A stretch of 27,349 nt of DNA, from IMG/VR virus record IMGVR_UViG_3300010398_000035, positions 1-27,349 of that record; one strand, 5' to 3'. The position numbers and the translations under genes are program-made. The DNA comes from a virus (taxonomy: Duplodnaviria > Caudoviricetes). The stretch's first letter is position 1. Each line of letters starts with the position of its first letter. The notes below the pieces were generated by a model. It saw nothing but the letters and a program-made list of their open reading frames with translations, was not told the DNA's origin and did not search any database. Of the stretch, positions 8,243 through 15,887 are shown piece by piece.

Positions 8243-10369
8243 ATGCCTGAATCAACTCTATCTATACATAGAAATATATACATTCCAAAGAGAAAGCCTA
8301 GAGTTGGCGACTCTATAGCTAATCCCGCTCATCCATTAACAAGAGGCTTGCTCGGAGCATGGGCCTTCAATGAGGGCGGTCTACCAAATAATGCTGGCCC
8401 AAATGCTAACTATCTTTTCAACGGCATTTATCCAGATATTTTTGCTGTACAATCCAGTAGTGGAAACTGGCCTACCTGGGAGTATGGTCAGTACGGAGCA
8501 CAGTTAAGGTTCACAGGTACAAGTGGTACTGATCGTTTCCAAACTATCAAGTTACTTACTGGTGTTCAAAGTAGATATACTGTACAGGCACATACAGTAG
8601 CTCTATGGGTCAGGACTGCTTCAATAACAAGTTCTTCAGCAGGTGGTTCCTATTCTTTAATAAGTAGATCGAACGATATTCTAGCTGGTGGATGGGAATG
8701 GGCACTCAGTACAACGCCAAACCATTTCGCATTCGCATACTATGACGGATCAGTTGAAGGCTGGTATAACGATACAGCTACATTATCGAATAACACCAAC
8801 TATTTTCTGGTCGGTACATGGTCACCTGCTGGTACTGTAAGTTTCTATGTAAATGGTCTTCTCTCTTCTTCCACGAGCACCACAACCAGCAACGTTACAT
8901 ATTCTGGTTCTGATGAACTTCAGCTAGGATTTCAGAGTAATAGTGGAACTCTACAGAACTCCCCATTTGAAGGTGCATTTCAGCAAGTCCTTATCTACAA
9001 CCGAATGCTTGACGCTAAGGAAATTGCTGAACTCTATGCTGAACCATTTGCTATCTACAAACCTCGAATTCCACTTTATCAACTATTTCCACCGACCACT
9101 GCTCAAGCAGTGTGGATACCCTTTCCCAAGAGAAATAACATAGCTCAACGTACAGCACAAATACAGCGATACGAACGCCTGAACCGTATTAAAACTAGGC
9201 CGCCATTCAGACAAGCTATATATGGTCAGTGGCCTCAAGGTACTATTACTTCTGGTGGTACTATAGTCAACAGAGCCAACAAAGTTTTAACTGGTGTCAT
9301 CACTAGTGCAGGCACCTTACTTACACAAGCCTTCCAAGCGATACCGTACTTACTTACACACGTTCGTTCTACTTACTATAAAGTCGCTGCACCTAATCTA
9401 AGATTCCCGCCAAGGACTCGCATCAAGTTTGTAATACCACGTGCTGGTGCTGTTCTAAACACACAATCAAATTCAGGCACCATTACATCCTCTGCAACCA
9501 TAGTCAATAGAGCTAACAAAATACTTGCTGGTACTGTTACCTCTTCGGGCACTCTAGTTAAGGCGGCTGCGAAAGCTTTCACTGGCACTATTAGTACAAT
9601 AAGCGGCACTTTAGTCAAGCAGGCACGTAAGGTATTTACAGGTTTACTTGTTGAGAGCGGTGTACTCGCAACAGCCAAAGTAGCTGTACTTGCACTTGCA
9701 GGTACAATAACTTCCTCAGGTACACTAGTCAAACGTGCATCCAAAATACTTGTAGGTGTGATAACATCTTCAGGTGCCATCATTCAACGCGCATCGAAGA
9801 TGTTGAGCGGTGCTATCAATAGCAGCGGTGCACTACTTACAACAAAAGCGTTCGTCAGACAAGTTAGCGGTACTATTACAAGTAGTGGTGCTATAGTCCG
9901 ACGAACGAACAAAGTACTTACTGCTCAAATACTGCCTAGCGCCAGCATTACAAACTTTGTACGTAAGTTTGGACTAGCTGGTACTGTTACTTCCTCAGGT
10001 ACCGTAGCACGTGTCAGAGTTATTGTACGTGCATTTACTGGTACTCTCACTAGCGCAGCTACACTTACAAACCGTGTGTTCAAGGTGCTGCCTACTGCAT
10101 CACTCCCGCTCAACGCAACACTAGGCTTTATCAAACCAATCCGTTTGACAGGCTCCATTCTTATGACTGCATCCCTAACTAAAGCAGTCGCACAATCACT
10201 TCGCGGCCTGATCTCTACTATCACATCCACTATTGATAACTTCGCTCACCACGGTGCAGCAGTAAGTGCTACTCCTGAATACATAGCTTACGAGTTGCCT
10301 CTTGCTACTTATGAGGCTACTGATCACGTCCTAATAGAATACGAAACAACTGATAAGGTGCTCGTTTAA
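8243..10369 (+). CDS. LamG/concanavalin A-like lectin domain protein with repetitive fibre shaft
   Basis: 'HPLTRGLLGAWAFNEGG...TVALWV...YFLVGTW...FYVNG...FEGAFQQVLIYNRMLDAKEIAELY' is a LamG signature; followed by about 16 repeats of GT(I/V)TSSG.LV....K. Confidence 0.85.
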   Translation: MPESTLSIHRNIYIPKRKPRVGDSIANPAHPLTRGLLGAWAFNEGGLPNNAGPNANYLFNGIYPDIFAVQSSSGNWPTWEYGQYGAQLRFTGTSGTDRFQTIKLLTGVQSRYTVQAHTVALWVRTASITSSSAGGSYSLISRSNDILAGGWEWALSTTPNHFAFAYYDGSVEGWYNDTATLSNNTNYFLVGTWSPAGTVSFYVNGLLSSSTSTTTSNVTYSGSDELQLGFQSNSGTLQNSPFEGAFQQVLIYNRMLDAKEIAELYAEPFAIYKPRIPLYQLFPPTTAQAVWIPFPKRNNIAQRTAQIQRYERLNRIKTRPPFRQAIYGQWPQGTITSGGTIVNRANKVLTGVITSAGTLLTQAFQAIPYLLTHVRSTYYKVAAPNLRFPPRTRIKFVIPRAGAVLNTQSNSGTITSSATIVNRANKILAGTVTSSGTLVKAAAKAFTGTISTISGTLVKQARKVFTGLLVESGVLATAKVAVLALAGTITSSGTLVKRASKILVGVITSSGAIIQRASKMLSGAINSSGALLTTKAFVRQVSGTITSSGAIVRRTNKVLTAQILPSASITNFVRKFGLAGTVTSSGTVARVRVIVRAFTGTLTSAATLTNRVFKVLPTASLPLNATLGFIKPIRLTGSILMTASLTKAVAQSLRGLISTITSTIDNFAHHGAAVSATPEYIAYELPLATYEATDHVLIEYETTDKVLV
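9239..10230 (+). repeat. Degenerate 18-20-aa coding repeats (GTITSSGxLVxxxxKxLx)
   Basis: e.g. GTITSSATIVNRANKILA, GTVTSSGTLVKAAAKAFT, GTITSSGTLVKRASKILV, GVITSSGAIIQRASKMLS, GTITSSGAIVRRTNKVLT. Confidence 0.9.
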
Positions 10370-10689
10370 TGGCTGTTCAACTTAACCAACGAGCTAGACA
10401 AACCTCAGTCAACAGATACCCAAAAGGTACTGTCATTACACATGTACTCCAGATAAAACAAAACGGTAGGTTTGTAAATCCTACCGCTCTGGTGGTTTAT
10501 TTACGTGATCCGACTGGAGTACAACAAGGCCCACTCAGCCCATCACAAGATGGTGTAGGCCAATTTACTTACTTACAACAAACCTCGCTAAGTGACCTTG
10601 ATGGTTTGTGGACTATCCGTTGGTTAGGTACTGGAATAGCCCAAGGTTCAGCCGAACGAGAATACTTTCTCTACTCTAGCTTTAGTTAA
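10369..10689 (+). CDS. Ig-like (BppU N-terminal-like) virion adaptor protein
   Basis: 106 aa; 'VNPTALVVYLRDPTG...DGVGQFTY...GLWTIRW' pattern; TAATG-coupled; last gene of + arm. Confidence 0.65.
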   Translation: MAVQLNQRARQTSVNRYPKGTVITHVLQIKQNGRFVNPTALVVYLRDPTGVQQGPLSPSQDGVGQFTYLQQTSLSDLDGLWTIRWLGTGIAQGSAEREYFLYSSFS

Positions 10690-10898
10690 TCGTCGTCATC
10701 AGCAGGTCGAACTAATTCTGGCTTCAGTCTTATCAGCCTAAGAGTACATGCTTCAGTAGCACCGTGCCAGAATTCAGCTATCTCATCCGTAGTCATTCTT
10801 TTAAATGCTGGTCCTCGATTAAATATTTCGTCTAACTTCTCTATTGTCTTAACCCCCAATTCGTGCGGGTCATCTGTTCCAAAGTTATTTTTGTACAT
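10686..10898 (-). CDS. Hypothetical protein
   Basis: 70 aa; GGAGG 6 nt upstream of ATG; stop overlaps the stop of the convergent + gene. Confidence 0.7.
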   Translation of the reverse strand: MYKNNFGTDDPHELGVKTIEKLDEIFNRGPAFKRMTTDEIAEFWHGATEACTLRLIRLKPELVRPADDDD

Positions 10899-10941
10899 AG
10901 ACTCCCTCCCCGTACCAACTCACAATGAGGTCCAAAGCTTC

Positions 10942-11154
10942 ATGGCAAAGCAAACAGTATGGAATGGTACGGAGGCTGAAATGAATGAATTGATGGCTGC
11001 TATACGTAGAGCATGTTCTGATTGTCCGTGTCAAACACAGAACAGGAAATGCTCTGTACTTGATATACTAACGGATCAACATGCTTTGAATTACTTACTG
11101 TTCAATCACAGAACAGTTAACCACTTGATGCTAAAGGAATTCTGTCAGGAGTGA
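10942..11154 (+). CDS. Small Cys-containing protein (WNGT...C..CxC...C...DQxALxxLLF...EF), opposite to surrounding arm
   Basis: ATG at 10942 with GAGG upstream; fills the 10899-11116 gap; protein-like helical pattern with Cys cluster. Confidence 0.7.
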   Translation: MAKQTVWNGTEAEMNELMAAIRRACSDCPCQTQNRKCSVLDILTDQHALNYLLFNHRTVNHLMLKEFCQE

Positions 11155-11524
11155 ATATATCAGCTTCATATGAAAGTAAGTGAGCCAAGGCATCTGCTTC
11201 ATGATCAGTGAACGAATAACCTGAGTCATGCAGCAGCGCAACAGCCTTACTTACATATGCCTTACGTCGCTGAGGTTGACGCGGTACTCCCTTAATTCCA
11301 TAGTTCCAGCACAACGCTTCAATAGCACCAACCAATCTAACTGTATGGAGTCCATAGCCGCTAATTAGCTGAGCCTGAAACTCTTCATACACACATACCT
11401 CAACAGGTGGACGGATCAATTCATAAAGATCCGTCTTTTTTGTTATGCTGACAGTTTTGAAACTACCATCTGGAAATCGAATAGCAACTCCGGTTGTGCC
11501 TCCCGGATCAATACTAATAATCAT
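11117..11524 (-). CDS. RuvC-like Holliday junction resolvase
   Basis: N-terminal 'IISIDPGGTTGVA', central 'VYEEF', C-terminal 'HEADALAH' acidic catalytic motifs of RNase H-fold resolvases. Confidence 0.85.
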   Translation of the reverse strand: MIISIDPGGTTGVAIRFPDGSFKTVSITKKTDLYELIRPPVEVCVYEEFQAQLISGYGLHTVRLVGAIEALCWNYGIKGVPRQPQRRKAYVSKAVALLHDSGYSFTDHEADALAHLLSYEADIFTPDRIPLASSG

Positions 11525-11732
11525 TCAGTTCCTTACCTATTCTAGCTACCTCTTCGCCGTATTTAGCTACTAATTCTAAAAGCTCTAGGTATGCCTTTCT
11601 CAGTCGCCTTACTTCTTCTTGCAGAACAGGCACCGAATCTACACACCAACAGGTATAATCACTCGCTTCATGTGGCATACCTTGTGTACGTTTATTAGTT
11701 ATATGTCTCAGTTCCGGTTGTATTTCTGTCAC
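11514..11732 (-). CDS. Hypothetical protein with HxxxxxxCWC motif and C-terminal coiled coil
   Basis: 72 aa; overlaps both neighbours (GTGA coupling). Confidence 0.65.
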   Translation of the reverse strand: MTEIQPELRHITNKRTQGMPHEASDYTCWCVDSVPVLQEEVRRLRKAYLELLELVAKYGEEVARIGKELNDY

Positions 11733-12142
11733 AAGTAAATCAGTTGAACCGGTCCAAACTGTTTGAATTGATCTTGATCAAGAGTATCCCAAATAGCACA
11801 GTAACCTTGTGCAGAGTTAGCTACCCAAATCCTATTACCCTGAATGCCACGTATACCCATAAAATGGTACATACCAACAGGATTAATACAGCCAGTGTGA
11901 TCGGCGCAAATCGAGTAGGCCTCACTCCATGTCACCCATGCTTGTCGCGCCACCAAACCAAACTGAGCAAAAGCATCTACAAGGCACTGAGCGTTCATCA
12001 AACCGTAAGTTTCATTCACACAGTCAGGGTAGCCAATTATATTTGCGGCTTCCTCACGCGATATACTAGCTGTACCTGTTGCTTCGAGCACCCATTGAAA
12101 GGAACATATACTACACGTCCACGAACGCTGCTGACGTGCCAT
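11729..12142 (-). CDS. Peptidase C39-like (papain-fold) cysteine peptidase; candidate cell-wall/lysis enzyme
   Basis: Q-x5-C (QQRSWTC), His in 'YHFMGIRG', Asn in 'VANSA'; frame stays open upstream of the ATG (SVTWNPETY). Confidence 0.8.
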   Translation of the reverse strand: MARQQRSWTCSICSFQWVLEATGTASISREEAANIIGYPDCVNETYGLMNAQCLVDAFAQFGLVARQAWVTWSEAYSICADHTGCINPVGMYHFMGIRGIQGNRIWVANSAQGYCAIWDTLDQDQFKQFGPVQLIYL

Positions 12143-12162
12143 ATATGTTTCTGGATTCCACG

Positions 12163-12444
12163 TTACGCTTTTGGGGGTTCTTCTGCCTCATATTCTGACT
12201 CAACAACAGGCACGTCTAATGTAAGTGTACCAGTTAAGTTGGGATCAAGTGCATATAGCCATGCCTCTGCACTACCTTCACCAACCCACTTACCTTCCAG
12301 TTGTGCAGCAACTATACGTGTGAAAATAGCTTGCTGTTGTTGTAACTGTGTAATAGCTGATCTGAGTGTTTCAGCTTCATTAAATGCAGCATCCATCAAG
12401 TCTGGTCCTTTTTCATTGTACGGAGGTGTGTTTTCTTCTGTCAT
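12163..12444 (-). CDS. Coiled-coil protein; possible N-terminal part of the C39-like peptidase
   Basis: Start at 12444 gives ATGA overlap with MazG stop; 93 aa with heptad segment (EAETLRSAITQLQQQQ) and acidic/Pro linker-like end. Confidence 0.75.
   Translation of the reverse strand: MTEENTPPYNEKGPDLMDAAFNEAETLRSAITQLQQQQAIFTRIVAAQLEGKWVGEGSAEAWLYALDPNLTGTLTLDVPVVESEYEAEEPPKA
12169..12175 (-). other. Candidate -1 ribosomal slippery heptamer C_CCA_AAA
   Basis: X_XXY_YYZ in the correct phase, one codon before the TAA of the upstream ORF; -1 frame continues into the C39-like peptidase; GAGG 10 nt upstream. Confidence 0.55.
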
Positions 12445-12797
12445 GGATTCTCCAACTCGAATTCCCAAGTACCTGGATGGGGGTTGTTGTCTTCTTCTGC
12501 TTGTGCATCAATAGCCACAATCCAAGCAGTGGCCATTGCTGCTACCTGTATCAATTCCTGTCTTAACTGTGACTTGGTTTTCTCTGTGTCATAAGTAAGC
12601 AAGTGTGCAACCTCACCTACTTCCTCAACTAGTATAGGTAGCCACTCATTATTTTCCCAATGAGCATCCTCTCGACTGTTACCTTTAGCACCGTGCTTCT
12701 CATGCGCTCTGATACGTTCGTTGTGAATATCAGTATACACCATATTAAAAGCACTTAGGCGATAGTATTGTGGTACGTAACTTTTAGGTTTTGTCAT
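12441..12797 (-). CDS. MazG-like nucleoside triphosphate pyrophosphohydrolase
   Basis: 'WLPILVEEVGEVAH...LRQELIQVAAMATAWI' all-alpha NTP-PPase signature. Confidence 0.85.
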   Translation of the reverse strand: MTKPKSYVPQYYRLSAFNMVYTDIHNERIRAHEKHGAKGNSREDAHWENNEWLPILVEEVGEVAHLLTYDTEKTKSQLRQELIQVAAMATAWIVAIDAQAEEDNNPHPGTWEFELENP

Positions 12798-15168
12798 ATG
12801 AAACCATACTACCCCAATTGTTTCCGATTTTTAATTCCACTTCGATTGAAGGCCAGCCTGGAAACCTGGGCTTTTCCATTACACACTTGATGTACTGTGC
12901 ACAATCTGCTAGGGCCACCAACGGTACACAAAATAACATGCTATCATGAACACTAAGAAGCACCCGAGCACCAAAAGCACTAAGGGGTTCATATAGTTCC
13001 AGTAATGAGGTTAGAATGTAATCGTTGGCACTACCTTGAATTGGAAAGTTTACTGATTGTCGGAGTATGTGGGCGGAATCATCACCGTAAACAACTCTGA
13101 ACCTTCGTTTTCTTCCTGTAACAGTAACCAACTCTCCGCGCTCGGTAGCTGATCGCATAATGCTGTCAGCCCATTCTTCATAAATTCTATATCGTGCTCT
13201 CCATCTAATAAGCATACTTGAAGCTTCAGCGTAAGTACAGTCTGCCACCCGCTTTCGTGCAAGGCTATCCGCACCTTGTCTATAGAAGTTCCCGAAAGTA
13301 ACCTTTTTCGCCTGAAACCTTTGCTTGATTCTAAGTGGATCTTTCCCTCTAAGTCCTTGTAGAAAAGCGTCACGCTCCATCCTTGCTATAACATCTGCGG
13401 CTGTACTACTATGAAAGTCTCCACTTTCAAGGTCAGCTTGCATTATTGGATCTTGGGATAAATAAGCTGCAAGGAACACTTCAATTTGTTTATAGTCGGC
13501 TTCGAGCAATATGCTTTGCTCATCGTCGGGTACGAATATCTCTTTGATTCGAGATAGCTCTGCACCGACAGAGTATGGTTGAGGAATTGTCTGTACCGGT
13601 GGATTCCTATAACTTGGCCTACCTGTACGGGAACCATGTATAAGAACTGCGGGATGCACACGGCCATCAAGCTTGATTTGATCCTTTATTCCAATTAGAT
13701 AATTTGTAACCATATGGTCTAATTGGCGGAAATCAAGCAGTGCATCGATGAACGGGTGATCCATTAGCTCAAGCACTTCAACCTTTGTTGAAGGCTTCTG
13801 GCGAGCATATCTGTTCGGCATCCTCAAGCTTAGCACACCAAACAGTAGCTTGATCAACTGTGCAGGGCTATTCAAGTTGATGCGTCCGGGCCACCCGTAT
13901 TCATTTGCCATGCTTACAAGTTGCTCTTCACTAGCTAACCATCGAGGTAACCATTCAAGAGCTAACTCTGCGATTTTATCCTGATCTACCTTAACACCTT
14001 GGTATGATATATCTGCGAACACATTCGCCAGCGGGATAAATAAATCCTTATAAAGCTGATATACGTTATCCTTCCTCTGGAGGTTTTCAAAACAAGGCAC
14101 CAACCGTCGGGTGTAGGCAGTGTCCTTAGCGTTGTACTCATAGAGCAATGAATTCGTAGCAACGCCCCTACGCTTATTGTATCTAAACTGTTCCTTGTAA
14201 TGATCCGCGCCACAGTATTCACCTGACGTAATCTCCAACTTGTGAACACCACCGCGCTCATCAAGACTATAAGATTGCAGTAAGCTATCTTCGTGTATAG
14301 CAAGCTTAACCCCGTAGCGTTGGCGCAGCTTGTTAACGTCGAACATGCCATTCTGAAAAGCCCAACGAACTCCGCTAGGCCAATCAATGTCATCGAGATA
14401 GCAAGCAGGAATGACAGCCGTATAATCGTGATCCCAACACACACTGAGACAGGTAATTTCTTCATTGAAGATATCAATTTCTTCTTCCCCGTAATTAGTC
14501 TCAATGTCAATGGATACTAAACTATCCTCCCCTCTAGGTAGTCCGTCAAGTACTGCCTGTGCTTCTTCTGCCGATTCAACAACTGTATACCTGACATTGC
14601 TTACACTACCATCAGCAGGCCAACCACACCATTCCCCATCTGGTGTACCAATGATCATGGGTATCTTTTGCAGGTCTTTGCATATGTCTAATATGAGTTG
14701 GCTATTGCCTCTGAGAAAACCTGCGGGGTGGTACGTACCCATTACATAGGCACCGAGAGTAGGCATCCATGTAGGTCGCCCACGGTTACCACTCATTTCC
14801 TTGCCTGTAATAGCTTCGTACACCAAGTTACCCATACATATAAGTAACTTGGGTTTCGCCCATCGTATCTCGTTTACAAATCTATCCTTGCAGCCTGCTA
14901 TATCCGCTGGAGTTGGATCATTCTTCCACCAACAAAGTAAGTTGGTAGTATACACATCCTGACGCGGCCAATAAACAGCCTTCAGTATAGCGTCCAGTAG
15001 TTTGCCTGAGGGGCCACTAAAAGGTCGGCCACTACCAACCTCATCCTGGCCTGGAGCTATACCAACAATTACTACCCCACGTGATGGATCACCATAGCCA
15101 CGGCAACCATTATGGTGACACAAGGGTCCACGTAATAGGTCATCACTTATTTCAACTGTAGCTGTCAC
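12784..15168 (-). CDS. polA: Family A DNA polymerase with N-terminal uracil-DNA glycosylase-like domain and 3'-5' exonuclease
   Basis: UDG-like GIAPG..E..GRPFSGPSG, TN, YHPA; ExoI DIET, ExoII NGMFD, ExoIII YNAKD; TGR; motif A EADYKQIE, motif B RFQAKKVTFGNFY, motif C VHDS. Confidence 0.95.
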   Translation of the reverse strand: MTATVEISDDLLRGPLCHHNGCRGYGDPSRGVVIVGIAPGQDEVGSGRPFSGPSGKLLDAILKAVYWPRQDVYTTNLLCWWKNDPTPADIAGCKDRFVNEIRWAKPKLLICMGNLVYEAITGKEMSGNRGRPTWMPTLGAYVMGTYHPAGFLRGNSQLILDICKDLQKIPMIIGTPDGEWCGWPADGSVSNVRYTVVESAEEAQAVLDGLPRGEDSLVSIDIETNYGEEEIDIFNEEITCLSVCWDHDYTAVIPACYLDDIDWPSGVRWAFQNGMFDVNKLRQRYGVKLAIHEDSLLQSYSLDERGGVHKLEITSGEYCGADHYKEQFRYNKRRGVATNSLLYEYNAKDTAYTRRLVPCFENLQRKDNVYQLYKDLFIPLANVFADISYQGVKVDQDKIAELALEWLPRWLASEEQLVSMANEYGWPGRINLNSPAQLIKLLFGVLSLRMPNRYARQKPSTKVEVLELMDHPFIDALLDFRQLDHMVTNYLIGIKDQIKLDGRVHPAVLIHGSRTGRPSYRNPPVQTIPQPYSVGAELSRIKEIFVPDDEQSILLEADYKQIEVFLAAYLSQDPIMQADLESGDFHSSTAADVIARMERDAFLQGLRGKDPLRIKQRFQAKKVTFGNFYRQGADSLARKRVADCTYAEASSMLIRWRARYRIYEEWADSIMRSATERGELVTVTGRKRRFRVVYGDDSAHILRQSVNFPIQGSANDYILTSLLELYEPLSAFGARVLLSVHDSMLFCVPLVALADCAQYIKCVMEKPRFPGWPSIEVELKIGNNWGSMVSYDKT

Positions 15169-15340
15169 TATTTACTTCTGCCTCAATAGCTACCACCACT
15201 AGCCTCCATGCCTCACGCATCTCGGGTGGTAGTTGAACCCATATAGGTTTTATATTAGCACCGATAACATTCAATTCATTCCTGTATACATTGAAAGCTA
15301 ACTGCGCTAACCTTTCAGTTTCAATTTCATCCATAAACAT
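15152..15340 (-). CDS. Small phage protein (W..LP...REAW motif)
   Basis: 62 aa; overlaps pol start; GAGGT upstream of pol ATG lies within it. Confidence 0.7.
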   Translation of the reverse strand: MFMDEIETERLAQLAFNVYRNELNVIGANIKPIWVQLPPEMREAWRLVVVAIEAEVNSDSYS

Positions 15341-15352
15341 TATTCACAGAAA

Positions 15353-15389
15353 TCGCCTTGCACAGCCAGCATGGTCCGTGTAGCCGATG
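15353..15389. repeat. Intergenic 37-nt element, copy 1
   Basis: TCGCCTTGCACAGCCAGCATGGTCCGTGTAGCCGATG; 32 of 37 positions match 26788-26823. Confidence 0.9.
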
Positions 15390-15448
15390 CCGAGTGTGCG
15401 AGATACGGCCACGGGCCGCGATTTTTTATACTGGTTGGTTTTCACGCT

Positions 15449-15634
15449 TTATATAGGCTCCCAATTTGCATGACCTTCCACTACCTTCAAATGGTGAATA
15501 CATGTATCCAACTCAATTACGCGAGAACATTCCCAACATGTCCACTTACCACACACTTTACATCGATGGGCGTCACCTGATCCACAATCAATGCATACAG
15601 GGAATGTTACCACATGTAGGGCCTGCTCTGCCAT
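15449..15634 (-). CDS. Small zinc-finger protein (B-box/AN1-like Cys spacing)
   Basis: CIDC...CKVC...CWEC...CIHH in 61 aa. Confidence 0.75.
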   Translation of the reverse strand: MAEQALHVVTFPVCIDCGSGDAHRCKVCGKWTCWECSRVIELDTCIHHLKVVEGHANWEPI

Positions 15635-15680
15635 AGCTAACTATCCCACGTAACTAAAGCTTTCAACTCTTCACTCACAT

Positions 15681-15887
15681 TCACGACTTCACTCCTGCAC
15701 GTGGTACGCCGAGTACCGCGTCAATGATTTCCTCCGTCAATAGACCACGACACCTAAAGTCAGCTAACATAAGTTGTCTGAAGTATGAGGACGCGGCCCA
15801 ATTATTCTCTGTAAGAACCTCATCCAATACCTTACGAAAGGTTGGTTCTATGGTTATCATTATCTGTTCACTACGTCGCTCGCCCAT
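15681..15887 (-). CDS. Ribbon-helix-helix DNA-binding protein
   Basis: N-terminal alternating strand 'QIMITIE' then two helices 'FRKVLDEVL...ASSYFRQLM'. Confidence 0.7.
   Translation of the reverse strand: MGERRSEQIMITIEPTFRKVLDEVLTENNWAASSYFRQLMLADFRCRGLLTEEIIDAVLGVPRAGVKS

Noticed and set aside
9376-10230. - strand ORFs of 135 and 101 aa
   Set aside because: Antisense to the repetitive fibre shaft; open only because of biased codon use.
977-10369. Diversity-generating retroelement target/template in fibre genes
   Set aside because: No reverse transcriptase in window; repeat differences are synonymous and not adenine-specific.
11744-12514. 256-aa + strand ORF
   Set aside because: Antisense shadow of the C39-like, coiled-coil and MazG genes, which carry clear motifs; its own translation has none.
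13050-14749. Alternative-frame and antisense ORFs inside the polymerase (107, 75, 174, 75, 81 aa)
   Set aside because: Fully nested in a motif-complete PolA gene; no protein-like features or start signals.
15360-15420. Resemblance of AGCCAGCATGGTCC to the 5' end of the HDV ribozyme, with a possible pseudoknot
   Set aside because: No P3/L3 (UYCNCG-like loop) or J4/2 catalytic segment can be placed, and copy 2 does not keep the pairing.
15340-15471. ATG-led frame with one internal TGA (possible selenocysteine/readthrough) running through the repeated element
   Set aside because: No redox motif, ATG lies inside the zinc-finger gene, and TGA is used as a normal stop elsewhere in the window.
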